Assembly (NCBI GenBank): GCA_965199365.1
Contig: CBDARC010000003.1
Coordinates: forward strand, 342,622 to 406,621
DNA: 64,000 bases
Origin: Terriglobus sp.
GTDB taxonomy: Bacteria; Acidobacteriota; Terriglobia; Terriglobales; Acidobacteriaceae
Reading direction: 5' to 3'
The notes beneath the pieces were generated by a model that saw only the letters and a list, made by a program, of their open reading frames with translations, was not told the DNA's origin and made no database searches. This document shows positions 11,365 through 21,455 of this stretch, piece after piece (position 1 is the stretch's first letter; every line of letters begins with the position of its first letter). A program made the position numbers and the translations under genes.

Positions 11365-13041
11365 TCAGCGCAGCACAAATGCGTACAGCGTGTCGCCGGC
11401 CGCAGCCGTGATGTACTGCTGCCCATCCAGTTCAAAGGTTGTCGGGCCGTTGGTCACGGCATTCCCCAGACCGGCGTGCCAAAGGATCGCGCCGGTGGCC
11501 GCGTTGAAGGCGACGAGGCTTGAAACCGTGTCGCCGGTGAACAGCACGCCTCCCGCAGTGGTCAGGCTGCCGGACCGCGCGCTGCCGGACGGCCACACGT
11601 GTTCCCACCGAATCTTTCCCGTTTTGTAGTCGAGTGCCCGCAGAGCAAAGCGCGAGTAGCCGCCGCGGTCGTTGCCTGCCCATCCCTCGGGCTTCTTGTT
11701 GTTGTCGAAGACGTAGTAAACGCTGTACGCGTCTGAGGCCGAAACGTAGAACAAGCCCGTTAAAGGATCATAGGACGGCGGAAACCAGTTGGCTGCCCCG
11801 CCCTGGTTGGGCGACACGAGGGAGCCGTTCGGCGTAGGCATCTTACCCGGATTGGGAATGGGTTGGCCCTTGTCGTTCAGTCCGAGCGTCCAGCTCTGCT
11901 TGGCAAAGGGCGTGCTGACGAGTGCCTTGCCATCGGTGCGATCGATCAGAAAATACCAGCCGTTACGGCTGGCCTGCGCCAGCAGCTTGCGTCTCTGCCC
12001 GTTGAGTACACCGTCGATAAGGATTGGTGTCTGCACCGCGTCCCAGTCGTGCGTGTCGTGCGGATTGGGCTGGAAATACCAGACGAGTTTGCCGGTATCG
12101 GGGTTCAATGCGCAGATGGTACCGGTGTAGAGATTGTCGCCCGGTCGCGCCTCGCCGTTGATGACGGGCTGCGCGTTGCCCGTGCCGAAGAAGTATAGGT
12201 TCAGGTCCGGATCATACGTTCCGGGAACCCACGTCATACCGCCGCCGTGCATCATGGCCTCGTCATTGGGCCACGTCTTTGCCTCGGGCGTGCCGGGGTC
12301 AGGATGTGTGTACCAGCGCCACTGGAGAGCCCCGGTGTCAGGATCATGTGCCTCGACAAAGCCGGGCTGATCGAAGTCATCGCCGGAGATACCTGTCAAC
12401 ACATGGTTTTTGACGATGGTTGGCGGCACGGTCCCGAAGTTGTACCTGGCGCGATTTGTGCCGGGCTCGCCGATTTCGCTGTGCCACTTTTCCTTGCCGG
12501 TCGCAGTGTCGATTGCGACAAGGTAGCAGTCTGTCGTCTCGAAGTAGAGCGTATTGTCGCGGACGGCGACACCCCGGTTTCCGATGGAGTCACCGCCCTT
12601 CGTCTGCCAGTCGAACTGCCAAAGCTTGACGCCGGTTCGAGCGTCCACCGCCCACACGTGGCTCGGGACGGTGAAGTACAACACGCCATCCACCTCGAGC
12701 GGAGTGGCGGAGATGCGCCGTCCGCCGCCGGTAGTTTCCGCTACGCGAAATGTCCAGGCCAGCTCAAGCTGTTTGACCGTGTTGGTGTTGATTTTCGCTA
12801 ACGGGCTGAAGCGACGGCCGGTCAGGTCACCGTTGTAGGTGGGCCAGGCGCCATTAGCAAGGCTGGGCAGGCTTGCGTCCGCTGCCGGAGCTTTCTGCAC
12901 CGCGGGCACACGTGCATCGGAGGGATCGCGCTTGGTGGTGTCATGCGGGTTGTTGGTGTTCACCGGCATCTGCGCGGCGAGGGGCAAGCATACCGCGAGA
13001 AGCAGTGCAGGCGTGAGAACGTTCATCGTGGAGCCGGTCAT
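11365..13041 (-). CDS. PQQ-dehydrogenase-like beta-propeller protein (acido-empty-quinoprotein type)
   Basis: WPTYNGD..GRRFSPL..I, ATPL..DG.LY, NRGVA, YDPDLNLYFFGTGN, GDNLY, PHDTHDWDA and ASRNG motifs, C-terminal DGQQYI; no vicinal CC; overlaps the upstream cytochrome c gene by ATGA. Confidence 0.85.
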   Translation of the reverse strand: MTGSTMNVLTPALLLAVCLPLAAQMPVNTNNPHDTTKRDPSDARVPAVQKAPAADASLPSLANGAWPTYNGDLTGRRFSPLAKINTNTVKQLELAWTFRVAETTGGGRRISATPLEVDGVLYFTVPSHVWAVDARTGVKLWQFDWQTKGGDSIGNRGVAVRDNTLYFETTDCYLVAIDTATGKEKWHSEIGEPGTNRARYNFGTVPPTIVKNHVLTGISGDDFDQPGFVEAHDPDTGALQWRWYTHPDPGTPEAKTWPNDEAMMHGGGMTWVPGTYDPDLNLYFFGTGNAQPVINGEARPGDNLYTGTICALNPDTGKLVWYFQPNPHDTHDWDAVQTPILIDGVLNGQRRKLLAQASRNGWYFLIDRTDGKALVSTPFAKQSWTLGLNDKGQPIPNPGKMPTPNGSLVSPNQGGAANWFPPSYDPLTGLFYVSASDAYSVYYVFDNNKKPEGWAGNDRGGYSRFALRALDYKTGKIRWEHVWPSGSARSGSLTTAGGVLFTGDTVSSLVAFNAATGAILWHAGLGNAVTNGPTTFELDGQQYITAAAGDTLYAFVLR

Positions 13042-13820
13042 TTCAGAGTGTCCAGGTATGCGGTCAGGTTGTGGATGTCGGCGTCCGTGTACTTGTCCAG
13101 CAGGGCCTCGTGCGCGGCGAATGGGTCGACGGTCGTGACGATCGTGCCAGGCGTGCGGCTGAACGTGCGCGAGACGCCGTCGGCACCGCGCAGTGTCACG
13201 TTGAAGTCGTCAATGCGGACGACATCGCCGGTATAGGTCTTTCCACCACGCAGCTTCACCGTGACCTGCACTTTCTGCTTCACGCCGATGCCACTGTTTG
13301 GGAACAGGAACTTCTGCTGGAGCGCAGCCGTCGTGTACCGGCTGGCTACGCCGGCCAGATTGCCGGTCGGCGAGTGGCACTTGTTGCATCCGCCCGCGCC
13401 ATTAAAGAACGCCTCGCCTGCCTTGGCGTTTCCGCTCAGCAGGCCGGTCGGCTGGTCGTTGTAGCCGCTACGCAGGATCTTGTTGATGTTCAGCGTAAGG
13501 AACTGCGACAGGTCCGCCAGATCCTTGTCGCTGAACTTGTAGTTATGCTGCGGCAGCGTACGCAGCAGCGGGCCGAGATCTTTGCCATGCAGGTTCTCGC
13601 GGCGGTCCTTCAGGACTGCCTCTGAGCGCAGCATGTCTGGCCCGGCGGGTGTGCCCCGCGCATCGTCGCCATGGCACCGCGCGCAATTCGCCGCGTAGAT
13701 CTTTGCGCCGCGATCCGCCGAGGCGGGATCGACAACCGCCCTGGGAAACTGGCCGAACGCAACCGCGCAGCTACCAGACAAAACCGCGAACCACACACCA
13801 TGCCGAAAATACCTGCTCAA
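13038..13820 (-). CDS. Dihaem cytochrome c
   Basis: Signal peptide and two CxxCH motifs (CARCH, CNKCH); C-terminal YTDADIHNLTAYL. Confidence 0.9.
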   Translation of the reverse strand: MSRYFRHGVWFAVLSGSCAVAFGQFPRAVVDPASADRGAKIYAANCARCHGDDARGTPAGPDMLRSEAVLKDRRENLHGKDLGPLLRTLPQHNYKFSDKDLADLSQFLTLNINKILRSGYNDQPTGLLSGNAKAGEAFFNGAGGCNKCHSPTGNLAGVASRYTTAALQQKFLFPNSGIGVKQKVQVTVKLRGGKTYTGDVVRIDDFNVTLRGADGVSRTFSRTPGTIVTTVDPFAAHEALLDKYTDADIHNLTAYLDTLK

Positions 13821-13941
13821 AGCTCAGAACCCCAAAGTGACCTGCCGCATGCCCATCGCTCCGGCGCCAGCGCCAGAAGCAAGCGTGCGTTCCTTTATAC
13901 TTGGTCGCCAGCATGATAGGCGAGGATGCCGGGAGGCCAGT

Positions 13942-14826
13942 TTGAACCGTCGGGAGTTTGGCCGTACTTTTGTTGGAGCGGCACTCGGAGTCGGTGCTTC
14001 CGCGTGCGCAGCATCGTTCCAACCAGCGAAGACCGCTTCTACACAGCGGTTCTCCGTGATGCTGTGGGCGCTTGGCAGAACGATTACGATGGAGCGCCGG
14101 CTGGAGATTGCTGCCGAAGCGGGCTATAACGGCGGCGAGTTGACCAACGAATGGCGCGCCTGGTCCGCTGACGAACGCAAGCGGATGGCCGCGAAGGTCA
14201 AATCACTCGGACTGACGTTTGACCTGATCTTCCCCGTGAATGCCCCGCTGACCGATCCAACACAGCGTGCGCGGCTTACGGCGGAACTCCGCGAAGCCAT
14301 TCCAGTGGCGCAGGAGATCGGCTGCCCGCAGTTCGGCTTTCGCTCTGGCCCGCGCATCGCCGGACAATCGCCCGAGCAGCAGAAGCAATCGATCGTGGAC
14401 GGCCTGAAGACGGCGGTCGACCTGTGCCGCGAACACAGGATCGAAGTGATCCTCGAGCCCATCGACCTGATCGAAGCGAAAAACGAAGCCGTCAACTCTG
14501 TCGCCGAGGCGCTCGCCATCACGCACGAAGTCGGCGATCCATCGATCAAGGTGTTGTACGACTTCTACCATGAGCAGCGCGGCGTCGGGAACCTGATCGA
14601 CACACTGCAGAAGAACATCGCGGATGTCGGGCTGGTCCACATTGCTGATGTACCCGGAAGACACTATCCCGGCACGGGCGAGATGAACTATAGCAACATC
14701 TATCGTGCGCTCGCGGCGCTGCACTACAACCGCTACATCTGCATGGAATTCCTGCCGCTGGGCGATCCTCTGGCCGAGTTGAAGACAGCTCGTCTGCAGG
14801 CGATCTCCGCGATGCAGTCGGCCTGA
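13942..14826 (+). CDS. Tat-exported hydroxypyruvate isomerase-like (AP endonuclease 2 / xylose isomerase TIM barrel) protein, copy 1
   Basis: GGAGG then TTG at 13942 gives MNRREF (twin-Arg); LEPID, LYDFYHEQ, VHIADVPGRH.PGTGE.NY and MEF motifs. Start moved from 13837. Confidence 0.85.
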   Translation: MNRREFGRTFVGAALGVGASACAASFQPAKTASTQRFSVMLWALGRTITMERRLEIAAEAGYNGGELTNEWRAWSADERKRMAAKVKSLGLTFDLIFPVNAPLTDPTQRARLTAELREAIPVAQEIGCPQFGFRSGPRIAGQSPEQQKQSIVDGLKTAVDLCREHRIEVILEPIDLIEAKNEAVNSVAEALAITHEVGDPSIKVLYDFYHEQRGVGNLIDTLQKNIADVGLVHIADVPGRHYPGTGEMNYSNIYRALAALHYNRYICMEFLPLGDPLAELKTARLQAISAMQSA

Positions 14827-14895
14827 TCCGGCGGCGCTCCTCTATACTTCAGTCGCGGAACATCTACCTTATCTGCAGTACGCCCGGAGGGCTCC

Positions 14896-15777
14896 TTGAA
14901 CCGTCGTGACTTTCACAAGCTGTCCCTTGCTGCCGCCGCGGCGCCCCTGCTGCCCGGACTTGGCGCATGGGCCGCGCCCGCACCCGCACCTGCTGCGAAG
15001 TTCTCTGTCATGCTGTGGACGCTGCCCAAAGAGACGACATTCGAGCAGAAACTGCAGATGGTTTCCGACGCCGGGTTCAGCAGCGGCGAAGTCGGCAACG
15101 AATACGAGAAGTGGACGAACGAGGAGTGGGACCGCAACCTGGCGAAGTTGCATGCCCTCAACCTGACGGTCGACAGCGCCGTCCCGGGACGCAATCCTCT
15201 TGCGAACCACGACAAGCGCACGGCGCTGCATGACGACCTGATCAAAGCAATCCCGGGAGCCAAGCGCCTGGGCTGCAAGCAGTTCATCTATACCGCCTAC
15301 ACCCGCGTTCCAGAGCAGACGCCGGAGCAGCAGCGTGCCGCCATCGTGGACTCGTTGAAGTATGCAGCGGACCTGCTCGAAAAAGACCAGATCGAGATCG
15401 TGCTGGAACCGATCGACTTGCTGGAGTACAAGTTGGAAGCCGTGCCCAGTGTGTCCGAAGCGTTCGAGATTACACGCGCTGTAGGCAGCCCGCTGGTAAA
15501 GGTTTTGTACGACTTCTACCACGAGCAAAAGCAGGCCGGTAACCTGATCGACAAGCTGCAGAAGAACATCGACCAGGTGGGCCTGGTGCACATTGCCGAC
15601 GTTCCCGGACGCCACCATCCAGGCACCGGGGAAGTGAACTACGACAACATCTACAAGAAGCTGGCCGAGCTGAAGTACGACCGCTACATCTGCATGGAAT
15701 TCATGTCGATCAAGGATCCCGTCGCCGAGCTAAAAGCAGCGCGATTGGAAGCGATCGCCGCGATGCAGTCGGTGTAG
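14896..15777 (+). CDS. Tat-exported hydroxypyruvate isomerase-like protein, copy 2
   Basis: GGAGG and TTG start, MNRRDF Tat motif, same Hyi motifs; C-terminal half nearly identical to copy 1. Confidence 0.87.
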   Translation: MNRRDFHKLSLAAAAAPLLPGLGAWAAPAPAPAAKFSVMLWTLPKETTFEQKLQMVSDAGFSSGEVGNEYEKWTNEEWDRNLAKLHALNLTVDSAVPGRNPLANHDKRTALHDDLIKAIPGAKRLGCKQFIYTAYTRVPEQTPEQQRAAIVDSLKYAADLLEKDQIEIVLEPIDLLEYKLEAVPSVSEAFEITRAVGSPLVKVLYDFYHEQKQAGNLIDKLQKNIDQVGLVHIADVPGRHHPGTGEVNYDNIYKKLAELKYDRYICMEFMSIKDPVAELKAARLEAIAAMQSV

Positions 15778-15801
15778 CTACAGTTATGACGCAGCAAAGC
15801 T

Positions 15802-15833
15802 GGGTGCCCCACATCGCGATCTTGAGATGTGGG
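15802..15833. repeat. REP-like palindromic element between convergent genes
   Basis: GGGTGCCCCACATCGCGATCTTGAGATGTGGG; arms CCCACATC (15808-15815) and GATGTGGG (15826-15833) are perfect complements. Single copy in this window. Confidence 0.55.
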
Positions 15834-15866
15834 CTCTTGGGCCTGATGAACTCCAACCCACTCTGG

Positions 15867-17651
15867 CTATCTGCGACGCTTTGGCTTGCCAGTTGCTTTG
15901 ACTGAAGACTTCTTGCTGCCCTTTGCCCCATGGGCAGTCGCGGCCTTGGCAACGCTGCGTGTTGCTGCGGAGGCGCGTCGGCCACGCCCTGCGGAAGCAA
16001 GCCTGACCGGCTCGGCGACGTACATCTTGCGGCCGAGCGGCAACACGGCAGAGCGCAGGTGATTCCACTGCCGCAGATCTTCCGTGGTCACATTGAAGCG
16101 GTCAGCCACGGTAACCAGCGTGTCGCCGCGCCGTGGCGTGTACTGCAGGGGATGCGAACCGCTGCCGGCCACCGGGATGACGAGGTTGTCGCCCTCTTCA
16201 ATGGCGGGATCGTCCTGCCGGTCGTTGGCTGCGAGGATGTCGGACTCGTTCACGTGGAATAGCTGCGCCACCTGCGGCAGGGTCTCGCCGGCCACCACCT
16301 CGTGGAAGCGCCATGACGATCGTTTGTCTTCGGGGATGGCCGCGATGCGATCGGTGAACTCCTGCATCGTGCCGGCAGGAATGTGCAGGTCATACGTGAT
16401 GTCGCGAGGCGTGCTGAGGCGCAGCAGGGCCGGGTTCAACGCGACCAGATTCGAGAGCGTCGTACCGGTCACATCTGCAGCAAGCCGCAAGTCCATCGCG
16501 TAGTTTACCGGCACGGTATCGAACTGCACCGCCTGGTCGGGCGTGTAGCGGTTCAGGCCGTACTTCTCAGGATTCTTTGCCATGATGATGGCGGCAAGGA
16601 TCTGCGGGACGTAGTTCTTCGTCTCCTTCGGCATGGCATTGCGGCGATACAGTTGCCAGAAATCGGCATAGCCCGTCCGCATGACTGCGCGCTGCACGTT
16701 CCCCGGACCCCAGTCGTAACCGGCCATCGCAAGGTACCAATCGCCAAACTGGTTATAGAGGCTCTTGATGTACCGCGCGTAGGCGCGCGAGCTCTTTTCC
16801 GGGTCGAAGCGCTCGTCGAAGTAGCCATTACGTTGCAGTCCGTAGGCCCCCGTCGGCATGAACTGCCACATGCCTCCCGCTCCGCTGCTGGCGTTAACCA
16901 CCTGCGGCTGAAATCCAGACTCGGCAACCGCAAGGTAGATCAGATCCTGCGGCACGCCTTCCTCCTTGAGCACGTTCTGGATCCGCTCGCGATATTTGCC
17001 GGCGCGCTGCAGCGATGCGACCATGTGCGCCTTGAACGTGGCGGAGTTTGCGAAGGCGTTAATGTATCCGGCAACTTCGTCGTTAATGACGAGCGGCAGG
17101 TCCGAAGTCACGTCCAGCGTGCTCTTCAGGCTGGCGGTCAGTTCAGGACTCGTCTTGAATGTGAGTTCGTCGGCCACATCGATTGGCGCGGCTTCCGTCT
17201 TCGGGCTGAAGCCGTTGCCCTGTTTGAGCGCATCCATCTCGAGCGCGTTCACGGCATCTACGGTGCGCTCGAACTCATCGTTCAGCACCGGGTCGGCCTT
17301 GATGTCGAGCCCGCTGGAAAGCATGAGGTCGACAGCGAAATCGAAATCGAGCCGGGCTGCATCCAGCCGTCCGCCGCGATAGTCGTCCACGCCCGACCTG
17401 TAGCTCTTGTCTACTTGCGCGATCAGCGAGGCGACGCGTGGATTCGCTGCCTGCTCGGCTGTTGCGGCGTTGTCGCCACCGACCGTCTTCGGCAGCGCGG
17501 GGGCGGTGACGTTCGGCGGCGGTGGAGGCTTCGGTGCGGCCGTGGCCTGCTCATCCGGGCATCCCGCCAGAAGGACCGTCGATGCAGTTCCCAGCAGCAG
17601 GAGCAGCGATCGGACTGTGCAAGCGGCCCAGCGGCACCGGTTCATGAACAC
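15867..17651 (-). CDS. Lipoprotein lytic transglycosylase with LysM domains (MltD-like)
   Basis: LAGC lipobox; SLT motifs AVAESGF, GMWQFMP and ETKNYVP; two LysM repeats; Lys-rich tail. Start at GTG 17651 or ATG 17645. Confidence 0.9.
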   Translation of the reverse strand: MFMNRCRWAACTVRSLLLLLGTASTVLLAGCPDEQATAAPKPPPPPNVTAPALPKTVGGDNAATAEQAANPRVASLIAQVDKSYRSGVDDYRGGRLDAARLDFDFAVDLMLSSGLDIKADPVLNDEFERTVDAVNALEMDALKQGNGFSPKTEAAPIDVADELTFKTSPELTASLKSTLDVTSDLPLVINDEVAGYINAFANSATFKAHMVASLQRAGKYRERIQNVLKEEGVPQDLIYLAVAESGFQPQVVNASSGAGGMWQFMPTGAYGLQRNGYFDERFDPEKSSRAYARYIKSLYNQFGDWYLAMAGYDWGPGNVQRAVMRTGYADFWQLYRRNAMPKETKNYVPQILAAIIMAKNPEKYGLNRYTPDQAVQFDTVPVNYAMDLRLAADVTGTTLSNLVALNPALLRLSTPRDITYDLHIPAGTMQEFTDRIAAIPEDKRSSWRFHEVVAGETLPQVAQLFHVNESDILAANDRQDDPAIEEGDNLVIPVAGSGSHPLQYTPRRGDTLVTVADRFNVTTEDLRQWNHLRSAVLPLGRKMYVAEPVRLASAGRGRRASAATRSVAKAATAHGAKGSKKSSVKATGKPKRRR

Positions 17652-17744
17652 ACGGTTATTGTATCGGGACGGGCACAGCCGAGTGACCGATCGCCCCGCG
17701 CACGTGCATCGCGGGTTGCGCTGGGGTAATCTAACCACCTACCT

Positions 17745-18131
17745 ATGCGCATCTTTCGCGCCACCGCAGCTGCTTTGTTCGGAGCCTTTGTCACACTCGC
17801 GTTCTACCTTGCGTGGTTCTTCAAGTTCACGCACCAGAACACGCCGTGGGACGGCGCGCCCCACACGTTCATCGCGCTGACGTGCGTGGTAGCAGCGATC
17901 CTCGGCCTAGCCGGTGGCTATCTTGCGGCCCTGCTCGCACCGGAAACGCCCCGCGGATCGGCGGAGGGTGCGGCCGGCTTTATCGCCCTGGCAGCTCTGT
18001 TTGCAGAAACCCACACGCCGGGCCAGCACCACTACGCGCAGATGGTTGCGCTGCTGGTAGCTGCACCTGCGGCTTACTTCATCGGACGTTCGCGCAGGCC
18101 CGTCGCGGCGCCGCTGGCAGTCTCCCGCTAG
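17745..18131 (+). CDS. Small integral membrane protein (about 4 TM)
   Basis: 128 aa with four hydrophobic segments; fills the gap between flanking genes. Confidence 0.7.
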   Translation: MRIFRATAAALFGAFVTLAFYLAWFFKFTHQNTPWDGAPHTFIALTCVVAAILGLAGGYLAALLAPETPRGSAEGAAGFIALAALFAETHTPGQHHYAQMVALLVAAPAAYFIGRSRRPVAAPLAVSR

Positions 18132-18331
18132 GAAATCTGCCGCTGTGACGAGCAGATACAGGTCAGTGCTGATCGCGCTGGGCTCGCGGCCGGTGGCACC
18201 GATGAACGGTGGGCACCAGCCCTTGACGACTCTGCCCGCCCGCTTGCGTGCTGCGCGAGCAGCTCTGGACGAGAACGGCGATGCTTCAAGGTGCTCACCT
18301 CGGCGAGCGTGAGAGAAGGTAAGCTGCCTGC

Positions 18332-19777
18332 ATGGCTTTTCTAACTGATCGTCGCGGCTTTCTCCGGACCTCCGCAAGCATCGCCGCGGGTGCTGCTGTT
18401 GTTTCGCGCACGAACATGTTCGGGCAATACACCAAGCGCGAGCTGACGGCGCGGCCCACGCCCGCCGACCGCCTCTTCCGCTCGGCTGCGGTTGAGGAGG
18501 CAATCACCTCAGTGAGCCGCGCGATCGCCGACCCTGATCTTCGGACGATCTTCGCTAATTGCCTGCCGAACACGCTGGACACCACCGTTTTTCCCGGCAC
18601 GCGTGAAGGCAAGCCTGACACCTTTGTCATCACTGGCGACATCGATGCGCTGTGGCTCCGCGATTCCTCGGCGCAGATGCACCCCTACCTGCCGTTTGTG
18701 AAGCAGGACGCAGCGCTCGCCCGCGTAGTCGAAGGGCTGATCCACCGCCACGCCGCCTGCATCCTGCTGGACCCGTATGCCAACAGCTTTCGACGCAACC
18801 CGACCGATCCGCCCTTGGAGTGGGCGGTTCACGACGCGACCGACAAAAAGCCGGGTGTGGGTGAGCGCAAGTGGGAGGTTGATTCACTGTGCTACCCGCT
18901 GCGCCTGGCGCATGGCTACTGGAAGGCGACCGGAAGAACAGCCGTGTTCGACACGGAGTGGGTCGATGCGGCGAAGCTGATTGTCGCCACATTCCGGCAA
19001 CAGCAGCGCTTGCGCGATCGCGGACCGTACCACTTCCAGCGCCGCGCCGAAAACCCCACAGACACCCTACTGCTGAGCGGCTATGGCGCGCCCACGCGGC
19101 CGAACGGCATGCTGCACTCCATGTTTCGCCCGTCCGACGACGCGTGCAACTATCCGCTGTTTGTGCCTGCGAATCTGTTCGCCGTAAGTGCGCTGCGCAT
19201 GCTGGCGGAGATCGCCTCTGCGATCCATCAGGCGCAGCTGGCCTCGGACGCAACGGCGCTCGCGGGTGAAGTCGCGACGGCAACGGAGGCCAATGGTCAG
19301 TTCACGCATCCCACGCGTGGCGATATCTATGCCTACGAGATCGACGGCTTCGGCAACATGAACCTCATGGACGACGCCAACGCGCCCGGCTTGCTGAGCA
19401 TCGGGTATCTCACCGGTGCGAACAGTTCGATCGTCCAGCGGACGCGGGCTTTCGCACTGTCGGCTGACAATCCGTACTTCTTCAAAGGCAAAGCTGCTGA
19501 AGGCATCGGTGGACCACACGTGGGTCTGGGCTTCATCTGGCCGATGGCCATCATGATGCGCGCGCTCACCAGCAATGACGATGCCGAGATTGTCACCGCC
19601 CTGCGCACCCTGCGCGATACAACTGCAGGCACGCACTTCATGCACGAATCGTTCCAGATGGACGACCCCGCCAACTACACGAGGCCGTGGTTCGCCTGGG
19701 CCAACACGCTGTTCGGCGAGCTGATCCTCAAGGTCTACAAGGACAAGCCCGCGCTGCTGCGTGCGCCGCTCGGGTAG
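18332..19777 (+). CDS. GH125 exo-alpha-1,6-mannosidase, Tat-exported
   Basis: DRRGFL Tat motif; [49 protein letters not shown] and [14 protein letters not shown] motifs. Confidence 0.92.
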   Translation: MAFLTDRRGFLRTSASIAAGAAVVSRTNMFGQYTKRELTARPTPADRLFRSAAVEEAITSVSRAIADPDLRTIFANCLPNTLDTTVFPGTREGKPDTFVITGDIDALWLRDSSAQMHPYLPFVKQDAALARVVEGLIHRHAACILLDPYANSFRRNPTDPPLEWAVHDATDKKPGVGERKWEVDSLCYPLRLAHGYWKATGRTAVFDTEWVDAAKLIVATFRQQQRLRDRGPYHFQRRAENPTDTLLLSGYGAPTRPNGMLHSMFRPSDDACNYPLFVPANLFAVSALRMLAEIASAIHQAQLASDATALAGEVATATEANGQFTHPTRGDIYAYEIDGFGNMNLMDDANAPGLLSIGYLTGANSSIVQRTRAFALSADNPYFFKGKAAEGIGGPHVGLGFIWPMAIMMRALTSNDDAEIVTALRTLRDTTAGTHFMHESFQMDDPANYTRPWFAWANTLFGELILKVYKDKPALLRAPLG

Positions 19778-19780
19778 TCT

Positions 19781-21307
19781 TTATTGCTTCAGCAGAATGC
19801 TTCGCCAGAAGGCCGCGTGCGCGTCGTCGAGCACCGGATGCTCACTCGGCATATCGCCCAGTTCAAACACCGGACCGTGATCGCCTGTGACCGGAGCCCA
19901 CGCTGCACCCGGCTTACCGGTGGATGCGAACTGTATCCATGCCTCCGACGCAGTATGGCTTACGAGTCGGTCCGTCTCGTTGTAGTCACGGTCATGGACT
20001 GTGCTCAACGTGCTGAAGAAGTACGGCACGTCGGCAGTGTGGTGCGCGCGGTACTCGGGATGCGCCTTCCATGGCGGCACACGTGTGAAGTCGTACAGGT
20101 AAACAGGCGACCGCCGGTGCGTCTTCCACGCCTGCGCCCAGAGCGCTGTAATCATCAGGTTACGATCACGAGCGGCCGCGATCTGCGAGCGTGATGCTTC
20201 GGCTTCATCTGCAGCCGGATAGAGTGAAAGGAACCGCTCAGCATCCACGCCATACTTCTTCGCCGCGTCGGAACGAAAGTCTGCCGGGGACATTTTGCCG
20301 TAGGTCGGCGAAGCGCTGCCTTCATCGGCCACCCACCCCACGAGTACCGGCACGTCGCTGCCGACCGGGTTCCGCAGATCGCTCCCTGGCTGTTCGGGCA
20401 GCAGGCTGCCATCGACCACGGGACGACGCGCGTCGCCGGGTACGTCGGTCGCATTCAGCAGTGCTTCAGCAGACATGGCACGCAGGGCCTGCAGTCCACC
20501 GTGTGCAGCCGTCCACCGATCGCCTGCAGCAGCCGCTTCTGCCAGCGGCTTGACAGGCATGGCGGGCCAGAGCAGCGGGTCGCTGTTCATGACCGCGCGT
20601 TGAAACAGGCCTTTGGCGGCGGGGGATGCGAGCAGTTCGGCCACACTCTCGGCACCGGCGGACTGGCCCGCCACCGTCACCCGCTGCGGATCGCCGCCCA
20701 TCGCCCCGATGTTCTCCTGCACCCACTTGAGAGCGGCGATCTGATCTGCCATGGCGTAGTTGCCAGCGCTGTGTTGCGGCGACTCCGCCTGTAAGGCCGA
20801 GCTGGCAAGGTATCCGAAGACTCCGAGACGGTAGTTCACCGTCACAACGACAAGGCCCCGCTTCGCCAGGGCGGTTCCGTCGTAGGAGGCAATCCCGCCC
20901 GAACCCTCGACAAATCCACCTCCGTGCAGAAATACCAGCACGGGATGCGGCTTGCCTGTCTTCGCCGGAGCCCAGATGTTCAGGTAGAGACAGTCTTCGT
21001 TCGTCTCGTTCTGCACCATGAACGCCTCGGTCCACGGTGGCTTGGAATGAGACAGCTTCTGCATGCAACTCGCACCCAGGCGGCTGGCAGCAAGCGGCGC
21101 GGCGCTGGGCTGCACGGGCTGTGGCAGCTTCCACCGCAGGTTGCCGACGGGTGGTGCGGCATACGGCACACCAAGGAAGACCCTCACGTCGCCCGCCCGC
21201 GTACCGAGCAGGTCGCCGCTGGCGGTGTGTACCGCGGTGATCTTCTGAGCCTGTGCCGCGGTCAGCAGCAGAGCGGCCAACGGCAGGCCTTGTTTCAGCC
21301 ACTTCAT
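19781..21307 (-). CDS. Carboxylesterase type B, secreted
   Basis: FLGVPYAAPPVGNLRW, EDCLYLNIW, HGGGF, NYRLGVFG and nucleophile GQSAG motifs. Confidence 0.92.
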   Translation of the reverse strand: MKWLKQGLPLAALLLTAAQAQKITAVHTASGDLLGTRAGDVRVFLGVPYAAPPVGNLRWKLPQPVQPSAAPLAASRLGASCMQKLSHSKPPWTEAFMVQNETNEDCLYLNIWAPAKTGKPHPVLVFLHGGGFVEGSGGIASYDGTALAKRGLVVVTVNYRLGVFGYLASSALQAESPQHSAGNYAMADQIAALKWVQENIGAMGGDPQRVTVAGQSAGAESVAELLASPAAKGLFQRAVMNSDPLLWPAMPVKPLAEAAAAGDRWTAAHGGLQALRAMSAEALLNATDVPGDARRPVVDGSLLPEQPGSDLRNPVGSDVPVLVGWVADEGSASPTYGKMSPADFRSDAAKKYGVDAERFLSLYPAADEAEASRSQIAAARDRNLMITALWAQAWKTHRRSPVYLYDFTRVPPWKAHPEYRAHHTADVPYFFSTLSTVHDRDYNETDRLVSHTASEAWIQFASTGKPGAAWAPVTGDHGPVFELGDMPSEHPVLDDAHAAFWRSILLKQ

Positions 21308-21455
21308 CCTGTACTCCTGCGTGTGACGATTCGCGTCGAATGATACGCACCGGCCCCTGCCAATGGCTATTACGACCTTGTCGAAACGGGGTCGTCTTCG
21401 CCGTTGACCTGCGTCCTCTGCCGCCGTATTGTTATCTCGCTCGCCCGGATCTCAC

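Noticed and set aside
16383-17729. Long antisense ORFs (also 3107-3931, 42115-43359, 50910-52148, 56170-57129, 61438-62424)
   Set aside because: They mirror well-supported genes in high-GC DNA, carry no recognisable motifs and are expected from codon bias.
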